From a virus (lineage: Duplodnaviria > Caudoviricetes): DNA of 60,895 bases. The notes beneath the pieces are model-generated. The model did no database searches and was not told the DNA's origin. It saw only the letters and a list, made by a program, of their open reading frames with translations. This document shows, one piece after another, positions 32,027 to 41,259 of the stretch. A program made the position numbers and the translations under genes. The first letter of the stretch is position 1. Each line of letters opens with the position of its first letter. The stretch lies in IMG/VR virus record IMGVR_UViG_3300012936_000012, positions 1-60,895 of that record; one strand, 5' to 3'.

Positions 32027-32482
32027 ATGTCATTTAGAACAAAAACTGCAAGAGTTCGATTTATTTATTATACATTAAGCTCTGACGCAACTATTGCGCA
32101 CAATGGAAAAATTATATTTAATTCTACTTCTGCTAGTAGTGCAGGATCAAATGTTTCTTTTGATGGAAGTGGAAATCTTACACTTGATGAAAATTGTTCA
32201 TACTATATGATTTTAAGCCCTGATGTTGTACGAAACTTACCATTGGCTTCAAATAGATATATAGATATTTCAATGTATGATAGTGGTGGTACTCAATTAC
32301 TACCAAACACAGGTGCTTCAAATGTAGAGTTTAAAGCAACAACTGCACTTTTTAGCAATTTCTCACTAATAGTCACATTAAAGAATCCAAATCAAACTTA
32401 TTCTTTTCGCTACACTAATAGTAATCAAAATGGTGCAACACTTAAGACTGGTACGCACTTAATTATAATGGAGTTTTATTAA
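32027..32482 (+). CDS. Small beta-rich protein, cassette 4 (C1q/BclA-CTD-like)
   Basis: IIFNS...GNLTL..SYYMI...YSFRY...HLIIMEF. Confidence 0.55.
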   Translation: MSFRTKTARVRFIYYTLSSDATIAHNGKIIFNSTSASSAGSNVSFDGSGNLTLDENCSYYMILSPDVVRNLPLASNRYIDISMYDSGGTQLLPNTGASNVEFKATTALFSNFSLIVTLKNPNQTYSFRYTNSNQNGATLKTGTHLIIMEFY

Positions 32483-32907
32483 TGAGTTTTATGCCTGCCA
32501 CATCACCTGTTTTTATGTATACAAATAATGCAAGTTTTACAGTTGCTAAAAATGCAACATCTTACTTACCATCAAACTTGAACTCTCTTTATGAAAACGA
32601 GACTTCCTACGACTCTTCTTCAAATTCTCTAAAAAGCAGTAAATGTGTTTGTAATTTTGATTTTTGGGGGAGTAATACAAAAGCAAATGATACTTTAACC
32701 CAACATAAAATAAAAAATGAAAACAACGTAGAGGTTATAGGAAGAAACACATCACCATATAAAGGAACTGCAAGCAGAGTAGAAGATAATATAGCAAATG
32801 TTGGTAATTCTTTGCTTCTTAGTTTTTTTCGGAATTCTACTGCTTCAACAGGAGTAGTGACCATAGCACAAAATAGAGCTTTTTTTGCGGGGGTAAGTCT
32901 AAAATGA
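32482..32907 (+). CDS. Small beta-rich protein, cassette 5
   Basis: 141 aa; MSF start; translationally coupled. Confidence 0.5.
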   Translation: MSFMPATSPVFMYTNNASFTVAKNATSYLPSNLNSLYENETSYDSSSNSLKSSKCVCNFDFWGSNTKANDTLTQHKIKNENNVEVIGRNTSPYKGTASRVEDNIANVGNSLLLSFFRNSTASTGVVTIAQNRAFFAGVSLK

Positions 32908-33410
32908 GTTTTTCCCCAATCCCCATTTTTAGAAATGTTGATATGGAAGTAGAAGCATCTACTTGTGGAAATACACAAAGTGGAAATTTATCTACGGGGG
33001 ATCGTTGCCAAGTTCCTACATTCAACAATTTAAGCGGTATAACTTATTCAAAAAGTAATTCAAGTCAAAGTTGGAACGATATAATAATTCTTCCGAGTGG
33101 TTATTCTTATTATGTTCTTGCCGGAACAAGAGGTGGCAACACTTCAGATTATAGCTATAGCGCAAGAGTTCTAATCTATGATGAGGATTTAAGTACTGAT
33201 GCAGGGTCAAGGTCTTATTATACTAATGCAAGCAGTTCAACAGCAGGTGGTGGGGCTACAAATATGCAAGTCTTCACTCGGTTATCATCCTGTATTTTTT
33301 TACCTAACCTAACATCCCCTAAAAGCTTGTCTTTAAAAGTATATTTTACAAATGGCCCGTTTTCAATCTCAAACTATAATCATTGGACTATCTATAGGAT
33401 ACCTAGTTGA
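32904..33410 (+). CDS. Small beta-rich protein, cassette 6
   Basis: MSFSPI start shared with cassette 1; IILPSGYSYYV...LSLKV...WTIYRI. Confidence 0.5.
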   Translation: MSFSPIPIFRNVDMEVEASTCGNTQSGNLSTGDRCQVPTFNNLSGITYSKSNSSQSWNDIIILPSGYSYYVLAGTRGGNTSDYSYSARVLIYDEDLSTDAGSRSYYTNASSSTAGGGATNMQVFTRLSSCIFLPNLTSPKSLSLKVYFTNGPFSISNYNHWTIYRIPS

Positions 33411-33650
33411 AAGAGGGTCAGATATTACTGTAAGCTTAAGAGCCATATCTACTTCGGGAAATGCAATATATCCTGCACAACTGACAGGCTCAAATAATGG
33501 CAGAGTCGTGACTGCAGTGTGAAAGGTTTTACAAACGTAGTCTAATTTTCTGCCACTGATTTGGTAATGAGACTAGAGTAGAAAATTGAACAATAAAAAT
33601 ATATAATATTTATACTTTCTTAACCATACATTGCAATAAGGAGATCCAGT

Positions 33651-35030
33651 ATGGCTTTAATTAAAGGAAAACAACTTGCAGACAGTACCATCGTTGCAAG
33701 TAAAATTGCGAACAATGCTATCAGCACTAATAAAATTGCAGATTCATCTATTACACCGGCAAAATTAAACACAGGTTCTGGTCAAACTTATGATTTTTCT
33801 TCTGCAACACTTCGTGCAGCTACCCCTTCGGCTTCAAGTGATGTGGCAACTAAAGCATATGTTGACGCTAACAGTTCAACTGGTCTTGAAGTAAAGCAAT
33901 CAGTTCGTCTTTTAGACAACAATAGTCAATTCTCAAACTTTGCATATTCTAATGGAGTTTTGGGTGAATCTAGTCCTTCGTTATCAAGTTTGAGTGTTGA
34001 CGGAGTAGAACCTGCACTAAATGATAGAATTTTAATCATTGGTCGAGGAGCGGCAGATCAAAACGGTATTTACACGCTTTCGCAAATTGGAAATGGAAGT
34101 AGTACTGCATTTGAATTGACTCGTGCAACTGACTTTGACTCAAGCTCTGATATTTCTGCAAATAATTTCTTTTTTGTAGAAGAAGGTACAACTTACGGTG
34201 ATACTGGTTGGGTATTAACGGCAGACGAGGAAATTACTCTTGATAGTGATGATTTGACTTTTCAACAATTTTCTGGAGCAGGTCAAATTACTGCAGGAAA
34301 TGGAATTCAAAAAACAGGGAACACTTTATCTGTAAAAGTCCAAAGCAACCGAGGTTTGGTTGCCACTTCTAGTGGTATTGCTTTTGATTTTGTTAACGAA
34401 TTGTCAAGTGCAGGAACACTTAGTGCTATATCAACCGAAATCGCAGTTAACAACAGTGGTTACCAAAGAGCGACTCCTGCTCAAGTAGTAAAATCAGTAC
34501 TTACTTCAGCAAATGGGTTTACTCAAAGTCAAAGTACGGGGCTAACTTCATTAGTTTTAAGCTCAACAGGAGGCCTTGAGTTATCTAGTAGTGCATTTAA
34601 AGTTAAGTTAGACGGAGATTCTTTAGCGTCTGCATCAAACGGACTATCTGTGAAAAGAAATAGTGAAAACTCAATTGGTTTAACTACGAGTGGATTAGTT
34701 TCCCCTATTTTACGAACAGACAGAATGTCTCTTACTCCAAGTGCGGTTTCCGGCTCAACTGCTGCAAGTACTGGAGCGGCAATCCCTTCAGGTATTACTA
34801 TTGCTGACGGAAGTGCAGTTCAAGTTTTTGTGAACGGTATTAAAGCAAAGTTGGGAGCTTCTACAACAACATCTCAATGCTTCTTCTCTGCAGATAGTGG
34901 CTCTTCTGCAAAAGCACTTGATTCAATTGATGCTGCGGATGTTTTATTTTGGAATGCTTCTGCTACAGGTTCTTACGATCTTGAAACAACTGATGTCCTC
35001 GATATTGTGTATGCTTCACTAACTGCGTGA
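33651..35030 (+). CDS. Fibre/head-decoration-like virion protein
   Basis: IKGKQL, ITPAKL repeats, DVATKAYVD, VKQSVR, NDRILI...QNGIY, RATDFD, FVEEGT, FQQFSGAGQITAGNGI; AAGGAG RBS. Confidence 0.7.
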   Translation: MALIKGKQLADSTIVASKIANNAISTNKIADSSITPAKLNTGSGQTYDFSSATLRAATPSASSDVATKAYVDANSSTGLEVKQSVRLLDNNSQFSNFAYSNGVLGESSPSLSSLSVDGVEPALNDRILIIGRGAADQNGIYTLSQIGNGSSTAFELTRATDFDSSSDISANNFFFVEEGTTYGDTGWVLTADEEITLDSDDLTFQQFSGAGQITAGNGIQKTGNTLSVKVQSNRGLVATSSGIAFDFVNELSSAGTLSAISTEIAVNNSGYQRATPAQVVKSVLTSANGFTQSQSTGLTSLVLSSTGGLELSSSAFKVKLDGDSLASASNGLSVKRNSENSIGLTTSGLVSPILRTDRMSLTPSAVSGSTAASTGAAIPSGITIADGSAVQVFVNGIKAKLGASTTTSQCFFSADSGSSAKALDSIDAADVLFWNASATGSYDLETTDVLDIVYASLTA

Positions 35031-35039
35031 GTTTAGATA

Positions 35040-35087
35040 ATGAGTTATAGTAAAAAAAAGAAGAAAAAAACTAAACCCAAGAAGTAG
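35040..35087 (+). CDS. Putative 15-aa lysine-rich micropeptide MSYSKKKKKKTKPKK
   Basis: Read directly from sequence; lies just before the terminator; weak GAG RBS. Confidence 0.35.
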   Translation: MSYSKKKKKKTKPKK

Positions 35088-35110
35088 TGAGACAACAAAT
35101 TTAGACAGTG

Positions 35111-35146
35111 AAAGTCTTGGTTGCAAGTTCAACCAAGACTTTTTTT
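35111..35146 (+). terminator. Intrinsic terminator ending the structural operon
   Basis: Perfect 13-bp stem AAAGTCTTGGTTG / CAACCAAGACTTT, 6-nt loop, T-tract. Confidence 0.8.
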
Positions 35147-35170
35147 GTAAAACTAATTTGGAGCAGATTA

Positions 35171-35530
35171 ATGTTTAAAAAGCTTAAACCAATTTATTTT
35201 GAGAACAGCAAAGTTCCTGTGTTTCTTTCTTATTTCTCTCCAATCAACATAAATGCCATCACACTTGTCTTTTTTGTGTTCTCTAGGGGTAAGCTAGGGG
35301 ATAGGGTAAGAAACCACGAGAGAATCCATTTTCAGCAGTATTTAGAGTGTTTAATCGTACCTTTCTTAATATTGTATGTATTGGACTTCATTCATGGGTA
35401 TATAAAATACAGGGATGGAAAAAAAGCGTATTCGATGATTCGGTTTGAACAAGAAGCTTACTCTAACGACTCAAATCTGGATTATGCAGAAACTAGAAAA
35501 AGATTTGCCTGGCTTTGGTACAAAATTTAA
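35171..35530 (+). CDS. Small membrane-associated HExxH (zincin-like) protein
   Basis: NHERIHFQQ and FEQEAY motifs; ATG at 35171 after GGAG (the track start at 35108 lies in the terminator). Confidence 0.65.
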   Translation: MFKKLKPIYFENSKVPVFLSYFSPININAITLVFFVFSRGKLGDRVRNHERIHFQQYLECLIVPFLILYVLDFIHGYIKYRDGKKAYSMIRFEQEAYSNDSNLDYAETRKRFAWLWYKI

Positions 35531-35534
35531 TTTC

Positions 35535-35635
35535 CCTCACGTACGTGTACGTGCGCGTGAGCGTGTTCTTTTTATCTAAATATATTTATATATATCCTAG
35601 GATATAAAAAACAAAACACGCGCGTGTACGTGAGG
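35535..35635. repeat. Palindromic origin-like element: AT-rich core flanked by inverted GC-rich arms
   Basis: CCTCACGTAC...GTACGTGAGG arms; palindromes CACGTACGTG, TATATCCTAGGATATA, ACACGCGCGTGT. Confidence 0.6.
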
Positions 35636-36020
35636 AAGAGTCAAAAGTTTTTGAAAAGTCACAATTTTGGTTGCATGTAAACGAATGTAGGATAGTCTTG
35701 AGAAGTGAATCAGAAAAAATAAAAAGCAGAGTTATCAACTTCAGGAAAACAAATGATTCTAATTATTTGTCTCCTGATATCATATATGTTTGCGTTGAAA
35801 ACTCTTATATGTTGAACAACTTAGATCTTGAAAAAGAATGGATTGTTTTAAAAGTCTTGTGTGGTCCCCGCCCCTACAAAATAGGGTCTTGGATACTAGA
35901 GTTTGAGTTCGATGGATTAGGGTTTTATAAAAAGAAACAATAAAATATATCTATAAAAATTATTGACAAACAATTACACATAAGACAAAACTCATGTTAA
36001 CTCAAACACGAGGAAATGAA

Positions 36021-36242
36021 ATGGTTAAACTTAATTCAAAAGATAAAACACTTATAATAGATTTGAAATACAAAGCAGGAAGATGTCTTGCAGAGATGGT
36101 TCTTCAGTCAGTTTGGGTTTATGCCGCTCAAGAAGACGAAGATCGAGCAGTAATCACACAGATGAATAGAATGATTCACGGCCAAGAACTTATGGTTGAT
36201 GTTGATTTGATGGATTACACAGAAACGGAGGGCTTGCAATGA
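36021..36242 (+). CDS. Hypothetical protein
   Basis: GAGGA RBS before ATG 36021; overlaps the initiator start. Confidence 0.5.
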   Translation: MVKLNSKDKTLIIDLKYKAGRCLAEMVLQSVWVYAAQEDEDRAVITQMNRMIHGQELMVDVDLMDYTETEGLQ

Positions 36243-37081
36243 TTAATTGGTCAGGAGTTGAGGAAAAGGGATTTGCAGGAGTTTCTCGTGCATTATTATC
36301 TCACTATCGAAGTTTGAATATCACCATGGAAGAAGCACTTCTAGTCATGCATATATTGGATTATGCATGGTTAGGCCAAAATCCGTTTCCAGGCACAAAG
36401 TGGTTGACTGAAAAGACGGGAAAGTCAGATCAAACAATCCGAATGTACCTCCGAAGCCTATGCGCTAAAGACTACCTAGTTCAAGTACAACATAAGAAGC
36501 GGGGCAATACATATGATTGGACTCCACTTATGAATGCAATCAAGCATGTTGCAAAGATCCCTGAGGAACAAAAAGATCTTCAAGACTCTGAGCCTCCCAA
36601 ATCTCAAAATGAACTGAAGAATCTTATCGATGCAGGGTTAGATTTAGCTAAAGATCGATCTAAAGGCAGAGTTCCTGTACAAACAAAGCCTTCTCATTGG
36701 AAAAGACTTCAAGCATTTGGTGAAAAGCCCGCAAGTCAATATAATGCCAAAGACATGGAGTTGGTATTGGCCTCTGCCTGGAAGGCCAAAGGATGGAAAA
36801 CCTCCCCACCTAGATTCACAAAAAGAGATTTAGGTCATGCAAAGCAGTTAATAGAGCAGTACGGGAGCGAAGATACCGCCAATGTGATAAAGAAGATTAT
36901 AGAAAATTGGGAGAAGATTAAGGTGGAGTATACAATAAAAGGATATCCCTCAATGCCCATTTTCTTTGGATTCAGAAACTCTTTCTTTCCACTGGTTATT
37001 GATGGTGGAATAGACGATTCTCCGAGATGGGGATCTCACTTTAAAAACGAGGAAAAACCTCAGGATCATATAGGATGGTAG
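36239..37081 (+). CDS. Replication initiator, DnaD-N-like winged HTH
   Basis: LLSHYRSLNIT.EE.LLVMHI, NPFP, GKS..TIR.YLRSL..K.YL, YDWTPL; upstream of DnaC/DnaB. Confidence 0.7.
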   Translation: MINWSGVEEKGFAGVSRALLSHYRSLNITMEEALLVMHILDYAWLGQNPFPGTKWLTEKTGKSDQTIRMYLRSLCAKDYLVQVQHKKRGNTYDWTPLMNAIKHVAKIPEEQKDLQDSEPPKSQNELKNLIDAGLDLAKDRSKGRVPVQTKPSHWKRLQAFGEKPASQYNAKDMELVLASAWKAKGWKTSPPRFTKRDLGHAKQLIEQYGSEDTANVIKKIIENWEKIKVEYTIKGYPSMPIFFGFRNSFFPLVIDGGIDDSPRWGSHFKNEEKPQDHIGW

Positions 37082-37082
37082 T

Positions 37083-37382
37083 ATGCGTACTTTTGATAAA
37101 GAAAAAGACAGTATTGCTAGAAAATCTAGCAAAGACACACCTAAACTTTTAGAACGTCTAAATAAAATGGTAGCTCAACGTGTTGGTAGTAATAAATACT
37201 CTATTAAAATTATAGGAGGAACATCATATAAGAAGGAGGTTGTTATCTACAGGACCTCTTGTTCAGAAAAAGAATTTATTCGATTCGCAAATCGGATTGC
37301 AGAGAAATATAAAATAGTAAGACAGAATGTGACAATAAATAATGACATTGAAGAAACTAAAGCCGATAAAAAAGCTAAATGA
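37083..37382 (+). CDS. Hypothetical basic protein
   Basis: Coupled ORF in the replication operon. Confidence 0.45.
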   Translation: MRTFDKEKDSIARKSSKDTPKLLERLNKMVAQRVGSNKYSIKIIGGTSYKKEVVIYRTSCSEKEFIRFANRIAEKYKIVRQNVTINNDIEETKADKKAK

Positions 37383-37965
37383 GGAAATCCTTTGCCGAAT
37401 GAACATCGGTAAGCGATATTGGAACGCTCAATTAACTGACCTAACTGAAGGTGTACTGAAAGACACTTTTAGGACTTATTATCAAAATTTGGACTCTAAC
37501 TATCAAGAAGGATGGGGTTTATATATTTTTGGTAATAATGGAGTGGGTAAGACACACGCCTGCTGCGCTCTGTTAAAGGAAATACAAAGAAGAGGGTATT
37601 CTACGTATTGTATCCTAGCTGATGTACTAAAGGTTGCTTACATAGACGGAAGCAGATTTGACGAAGACAACTCTATAGTGAATCGAGTCGAGAAGGTTGA
37701 TTTCTTACTGCTGGAAGACCTGGGGAAAGAGTACTCTGGTAAAGGAAGTGGTTTTGCAGAACTGTGTTTTGAGAATCTACTGAGAAAAAGAAGCAGAGAG
37801 TGTTTGCCAACGATCATTACAACTAATTTGACTACACAAGCATTTGAAGAAAGATACAAGCAATCTGCAGTATCCTTAGCAAAAGAGTGCATGTTAGCAG
37901 TGTTCCTGGATGGTGAAGATAAGCGCCTTTTAAAGTCAAAGAGGTATACGGAGCGATATAAATGA
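37342..37965 (+). CDS. dnaC: DnaC/IstB-like helicase loader ATPase
   Basis: Walker A GNNGVGKT, LLLEDLGKE, PTIITTNL. Confidence 0.85.
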   Translation: MTLKKLKPIKKLNEEILCRMNIGKRYWNAQLTDLTEGVLKDTFRTYYQNLDSNYQEGWGLYIFGNNGVGKTHACCALLKEIQRRGYSTYCILADVLKVAYIDGSRFDEDNSIVNRVEKVDFLLLEDLGKEYSGKGSGFAELCFENLLRKRSRECLPTIITTNLTTQAFEERYKQSAVSLAKECMLAVFLDGEDKRLLKSKRYTERYK

Positions 37966-38312
37966 TAAAAGGCAACTTATCCAATACTTTACCGATGACC
38001 CTATGGGTTCATTCTAATGTTCTTTTAGAAAGTAAAGGTAGAAGGTTTTTTGTCGGGCCAAAGAAATACATGTTGAAAAGACAGGATTGGCTATGGTCAA
38101 TAACTTATTTTGTAAAGCCTGTAATCATTTATATTAACGAATCTCCAAATTATTTACTCAGTGATTACGAATCAAAGCACTTTGAAACGATGCATTCTTG
38201 CATACACAACTTAAGACAAAGCAAAAGGGCAATTCACTTAATTGTAGATGACCCCATTTATTTAACAGACGACGTAGTTTTATTTGACTATGACATCAAA
38301 CGATATGGATAA
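37962..38312 (+). CDS. Hypothetical protein
   Basis: ATGA overlap with the upstream gene. Confidence 0.5.
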   Translation: MIKGNLSNTLPMTLWVHSNVLLESKGRRFFVGPKKYMLKRQDWLWSITYFVKPVIIYINESPNYLLSDYESKHFETMHSCIHNLRQSKRAIHLIVDDPIYLTDDVVLFDYDIKRYG

Positions 38313-38315
38313 GAC

Positions 38316-39545
38316 ATGGATATAGAAAAAAGCATAATATCGATATGTGCGACTGACCCTTCGGTTTTTTATCCAGAAGCAATGGACTCTGGTATTTCTT
38401 CTGATATTTTTGAAGGCACAAGCAAGCAAGTTTGGGAGTTTGTTGAGCGATACATTAAAGTCCATGGGATAGGGCCTAGTGCAGATGCTTTAAGCATGGA
38501 GTTCCCAGAGTTTGCCCCGACTTTCCCAACTGAGCCTTTAAGTTTCTACTTAGATAAGCTAAAAGAAAAGCACGCGTATAATGTCACTCTTCAGTGTGTA
38601 AAGGGTGCATACTCTGATTTGAATAGCAGAAAAGTGCAAGATGCGGTTGAGAAGCTAAGACAAGCACTTCAAGAGATAGAAGATACAACTACTAGTGAAG
38701 CGGATCTGAATTGGGGTCAAACAATGATGGACCGCTACGAAGACTACAAGAACATTCAAAACATGGGTGGTATAGATGGGTACACGACACCTTTTCCTTC
38801 ACTAGATGAAGCAACTCGCGGATTCCATGATGGTGAGTTTATCTTAATCGTTGCTAGACAAGGTGTTGGTAAAACTTGGCTTACTAACCTTCTTGGATAC
38901 ACAAACTATTCAAAGGGCTTGAATGTACTTTATTTAACAAAAGAGATGCCTAGCACACAGATTGCAAGACGTTTCGACGCACTTAAATTTAAACTGCCAT
39001 ATCAAGATCTTCGCAAGGGTGGTCTAAACTCAATGATCGAGGCAAATTGGAAGAACGCAATTGAAAGACAAATTGATGAGCCTGGCACGATAAATATCGT
39101 TGGGGAAGAGTCGGGAGGAGTTGGGCATGTTGCTGCAAAGATAGAGAAGTATAAGCCCGACATCGTATATATAGATGGTATGTACCTGATGGATGATGAC
39201 CGAAAGGCAAGGGAGCAGTACCAACGCATAGGCAACATCAGTCGGGATTTGAAGAAACTAGCAAAAAGGTCTAAAACCGCCATAATTGCTACTGTTCAAT
39301 TCAATCGTAATGCAGATAACTCCAAGGGTGGACCTGAAAATATTGCAGGCAGTGATATCGCTAAAGATGCAGACGTAATACTTGGTTTATTTCAAGATGA
39401 AGATCAAAGGTTGTCTAAACGGGCTACACTAAGAGTACTTAAACAAAGAGAAGGAGATCGTCCTGAGATCGAGTTGGATTGGGATATGGGTACAATGACT
39501 TTTGGAGAAGCAGAGGACGATGAGTTTACTGGAGTTTCATTTTGA
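38316..39545 (+). CDS. dnaB: Replicative DNA helicase (DnaB family)
   Basis: ARQGVGKT, KEMP, YIDGMYLM, ISRDLKKLAK, QFNR, DADVILGL, KQREG. Confidence 0.9.
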   Translation: MDIEKSIISICATDPSVFYPEAMDSGISSDIFEGTSKQVWEFVERYIKVHGIGPSADALSMEFPEFAPTFPTEPLSFYLDKLKEKHAYNVTLQCVKGAYSDLNSRKVQDAVEKLRQALQEIEDTTTSEADLNWGQTMMDRYEDYKNIQNMGGIDGYTTPFPSLDEATRGFHDGEFILIVARQGVGKTWLTNLLGYTNYSKGLNVLYLTKEMPSTQIARRFDALKFKLPYQDLRKGGLNSMIEANWKNAIERQIDEPGTINIVGEESGGVGHVAAKIEKYKPDIVYIDGMYLMDDDRKAREQYQRIGNISRDLKKLAKRSKTAIIATVQFNRNADNSKGGPENIAGSDIAKDADVILGLFQDEDQRLSKRATLRVLKQREGDRPEIELDWDMGTMTFGEAEDDEFTGVSF

Positions 39546-40504
39546 ACAAAGAGCAATCCATCTTGAATTTATTAAATAAATATGGAATGGGAGGCAAAGT
39601 TGGTGCAGGTAATATAGCAATACGTTGTCCTTTAGCACCATATTCTCCATTGCATAAATCAAACTATGATTCTAGGCCTTCCATGGGAATCAAGGTCAAT
39701 GATGACAGTGTTCTTGTCAATTGTTTTACTTGTCAATTCAAGTCAGGGCAACTGAGTTATCTATTCAAGCGGCTTGCTTATAGTGATTCAAAGTGGCAGA
39801 AACCATTAGAAGAATGCCTTGATTTAGAAAACAGGTATTTGGGGCTTGCTTTAGACAATTTAAGCTATCAAAAAGAAGATCAACATCAGTCAGTAAAGCC
39901 TTACGACGAGGCTCTTTTTACACCTTACTCAAGGAAGTTTTCACCATATCTTTTTTCTCGTGGAATAGAGCTTGAAACGGGTAAAAGGTTTGGAGTCGGT
40001 TATGACAAAGAAAGAAGTCGTGTTGTCTTCCCTGTCCGAGATCCTCTCAAGCGTCTTTGGGGTGCAGTGGGCAGGACTACCAAGGGTGAAAATCCAAAGT
40101 ATTTAAATTATTGGGAGATGCAAAAAGGCCAACATCTAGTTGGAGGTCATTTGATTGAATCAGGGTTTTGCTTGATTGTTGTTGAAGGAGCTTTAGACTG
40201 CATGATTTTAGATCAATGTCTTTATCGAAATGGCTATTACAATAAATACAGAGCAGTCGCAATAATGGGTGCAAATATGAGTAAAGAACAAGCAGACAAG
40301 ATAGTTTCTTGGTCTAACTCTGTGATCATTGCACTAGATAATGACCAAGCAGGAAGCAGAGGAACGAAAAGAGCGATTGAATTATTGTCTAGTAGAATAC
40401 AAACTAAAGTTGCTTACATTTCCAAGGTTGGAAAAAAGGATTTTGGGGAGTGTTCTGACTTAGAAATATGTAGTGTTATTGACAATTCGATGTTAATGGT
40501 GTAA
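39542..40504 (+). CDS. DNA primase (Zn finger plus TOPRIM)
   Basis: CP..H, CFTC, YLFSRGI, VFPVRD, KYLN, VVEGALD, ALDNDQAG, KDFGE; TTG start. Confidence 0.85.
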   Translation: MNKEQSILNLLNKYGMGGKVGAGNIAIRCPLAPYSPLHKSNYDSRPSMGIKVNDDSVLVNCFTCQFKSGQLSYLFKRLAYSDSKWQKPLEECLDLENRYLGLALDNLSYQKEDQHQSVKPYDEALFTPYSRKFSPYLFSRGIELETGKRFGVGYDKERSRVVFPVRDPLKRLWGAVGRTTKGENPKYLNYWEMQKGQHLVGGHLIESGFCLIVVEGALDCMILDQCLYRNGYYNKYRAVAIMGANMSKEQADKIVSWSNSVIIALDNDQAGSRGTKRAIELLSSRIQTKVAYISKVGKKDFGECSDLEICSVIDNSMLMV

Positions 40505-40551
40505 TACTACAACTATCTCATGTTAACCACAAAAACAGTCAAGGAGACAAA

Positions 40552-41238
40552 ATGAGTTGGTACAATAATGATAATGGATTTCCAGATGAAGGAAAAAAGT
40601 ATACAAGACGATTTTGGATGCCCAACAACACTGAAAAGCAAATCACATTCGTTGATGGTCCCGTAATCGATTGTGGAGGAACACAAGTTCAAACTCCGTT
40701 TAAGATTGAAGAGTATCAAATACAACTAAATAACAGTTGGAAAAATTGGTTTACTCGTCCCATCAATCCCGAAGATGATGTTTTAAAACAAATGGGGAAT
40801 AGAGCTTCAAAAGTTGCCGTATTCACTGTGATTGATCATTCTGAATGGACAGATAAAAAAGGTAATGTCCATCGAGATGAACTGAGCCTTTATGTCGTTA
40901 AACGATCTTCTCAAACTTGGGGTCAAATTGAACGGCAATTGAGCCGCAATAACGGAAACCTGCGTGGTATGAAGTTTAATGTTTCTCGGATGGGTGATAA
41001 GTCCCCAGGTGTTGGAAGTTTCCTTGAGTTTGAAGGAAGAACAGAACTTCCACAGAACATCCAAGCATTTAACTATTTAGATATTCTCAAGCCGAAAACT
41101 AAAGCAGAAATGGATACGATTCTTAATCCTGTTCAAAGCGATAGTTTTCAAAGCGATTCTTGGGGAGGGTCTGGGTCTGATCCCGCTCAAGCAGGAGGAG
41201 GTTGGGGCAACACGGGCGGGGACTCTATTCCTTTTTAA
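40552..41238 (+). CDS. Single-stranded DNA-binding protein
   Basis: RRFWMP N-terminus, OB-like core, Gly-rich tail ending DSIPF. Confidence 0.7.
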   Translation: MSWYNNDNGFPDEGKKYTRRFWMPNNTEKQITFVDGPVIDCGGTQVQTPFKIEEYQIQLNNSWKNWFTRPINPEDDVLKQMGNRASKVAVFTVIDHSEWTDKKGNVHRDELSLYVVKRSSQTWGQIERQLSRNNGNLRGMKFNVSRMGDKSPGVGSFLEFEGRTELPQNIQAFNYLDILKPKTKAEMDTILNPVQSDSFQSDSWGGSGSDPAQAGGGWGNTGGDSIPF

Positions 41239-41259
41239 GCTATAAGATATGGATAAGAC

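Noticed and set aside
30678-33410. Shufflon or diversity-generating retroelement behind the cassette array
   Set aside because: All cassettes are co-oriented complete ORFs; no invertase, reverse transcriptase or TR/VR pair is seen
35108-35170. Track-predicted N-terminal extension of the HExxH protein
   Set aside because: It overlaps the terminator hairpin; ATG 35171 with GGAG is the better start
35671-35943. 90-aa TTG-start ORF next to the origin-like element
   Set aside because: No RBS and no recognisable motif; coding status cannot be supported
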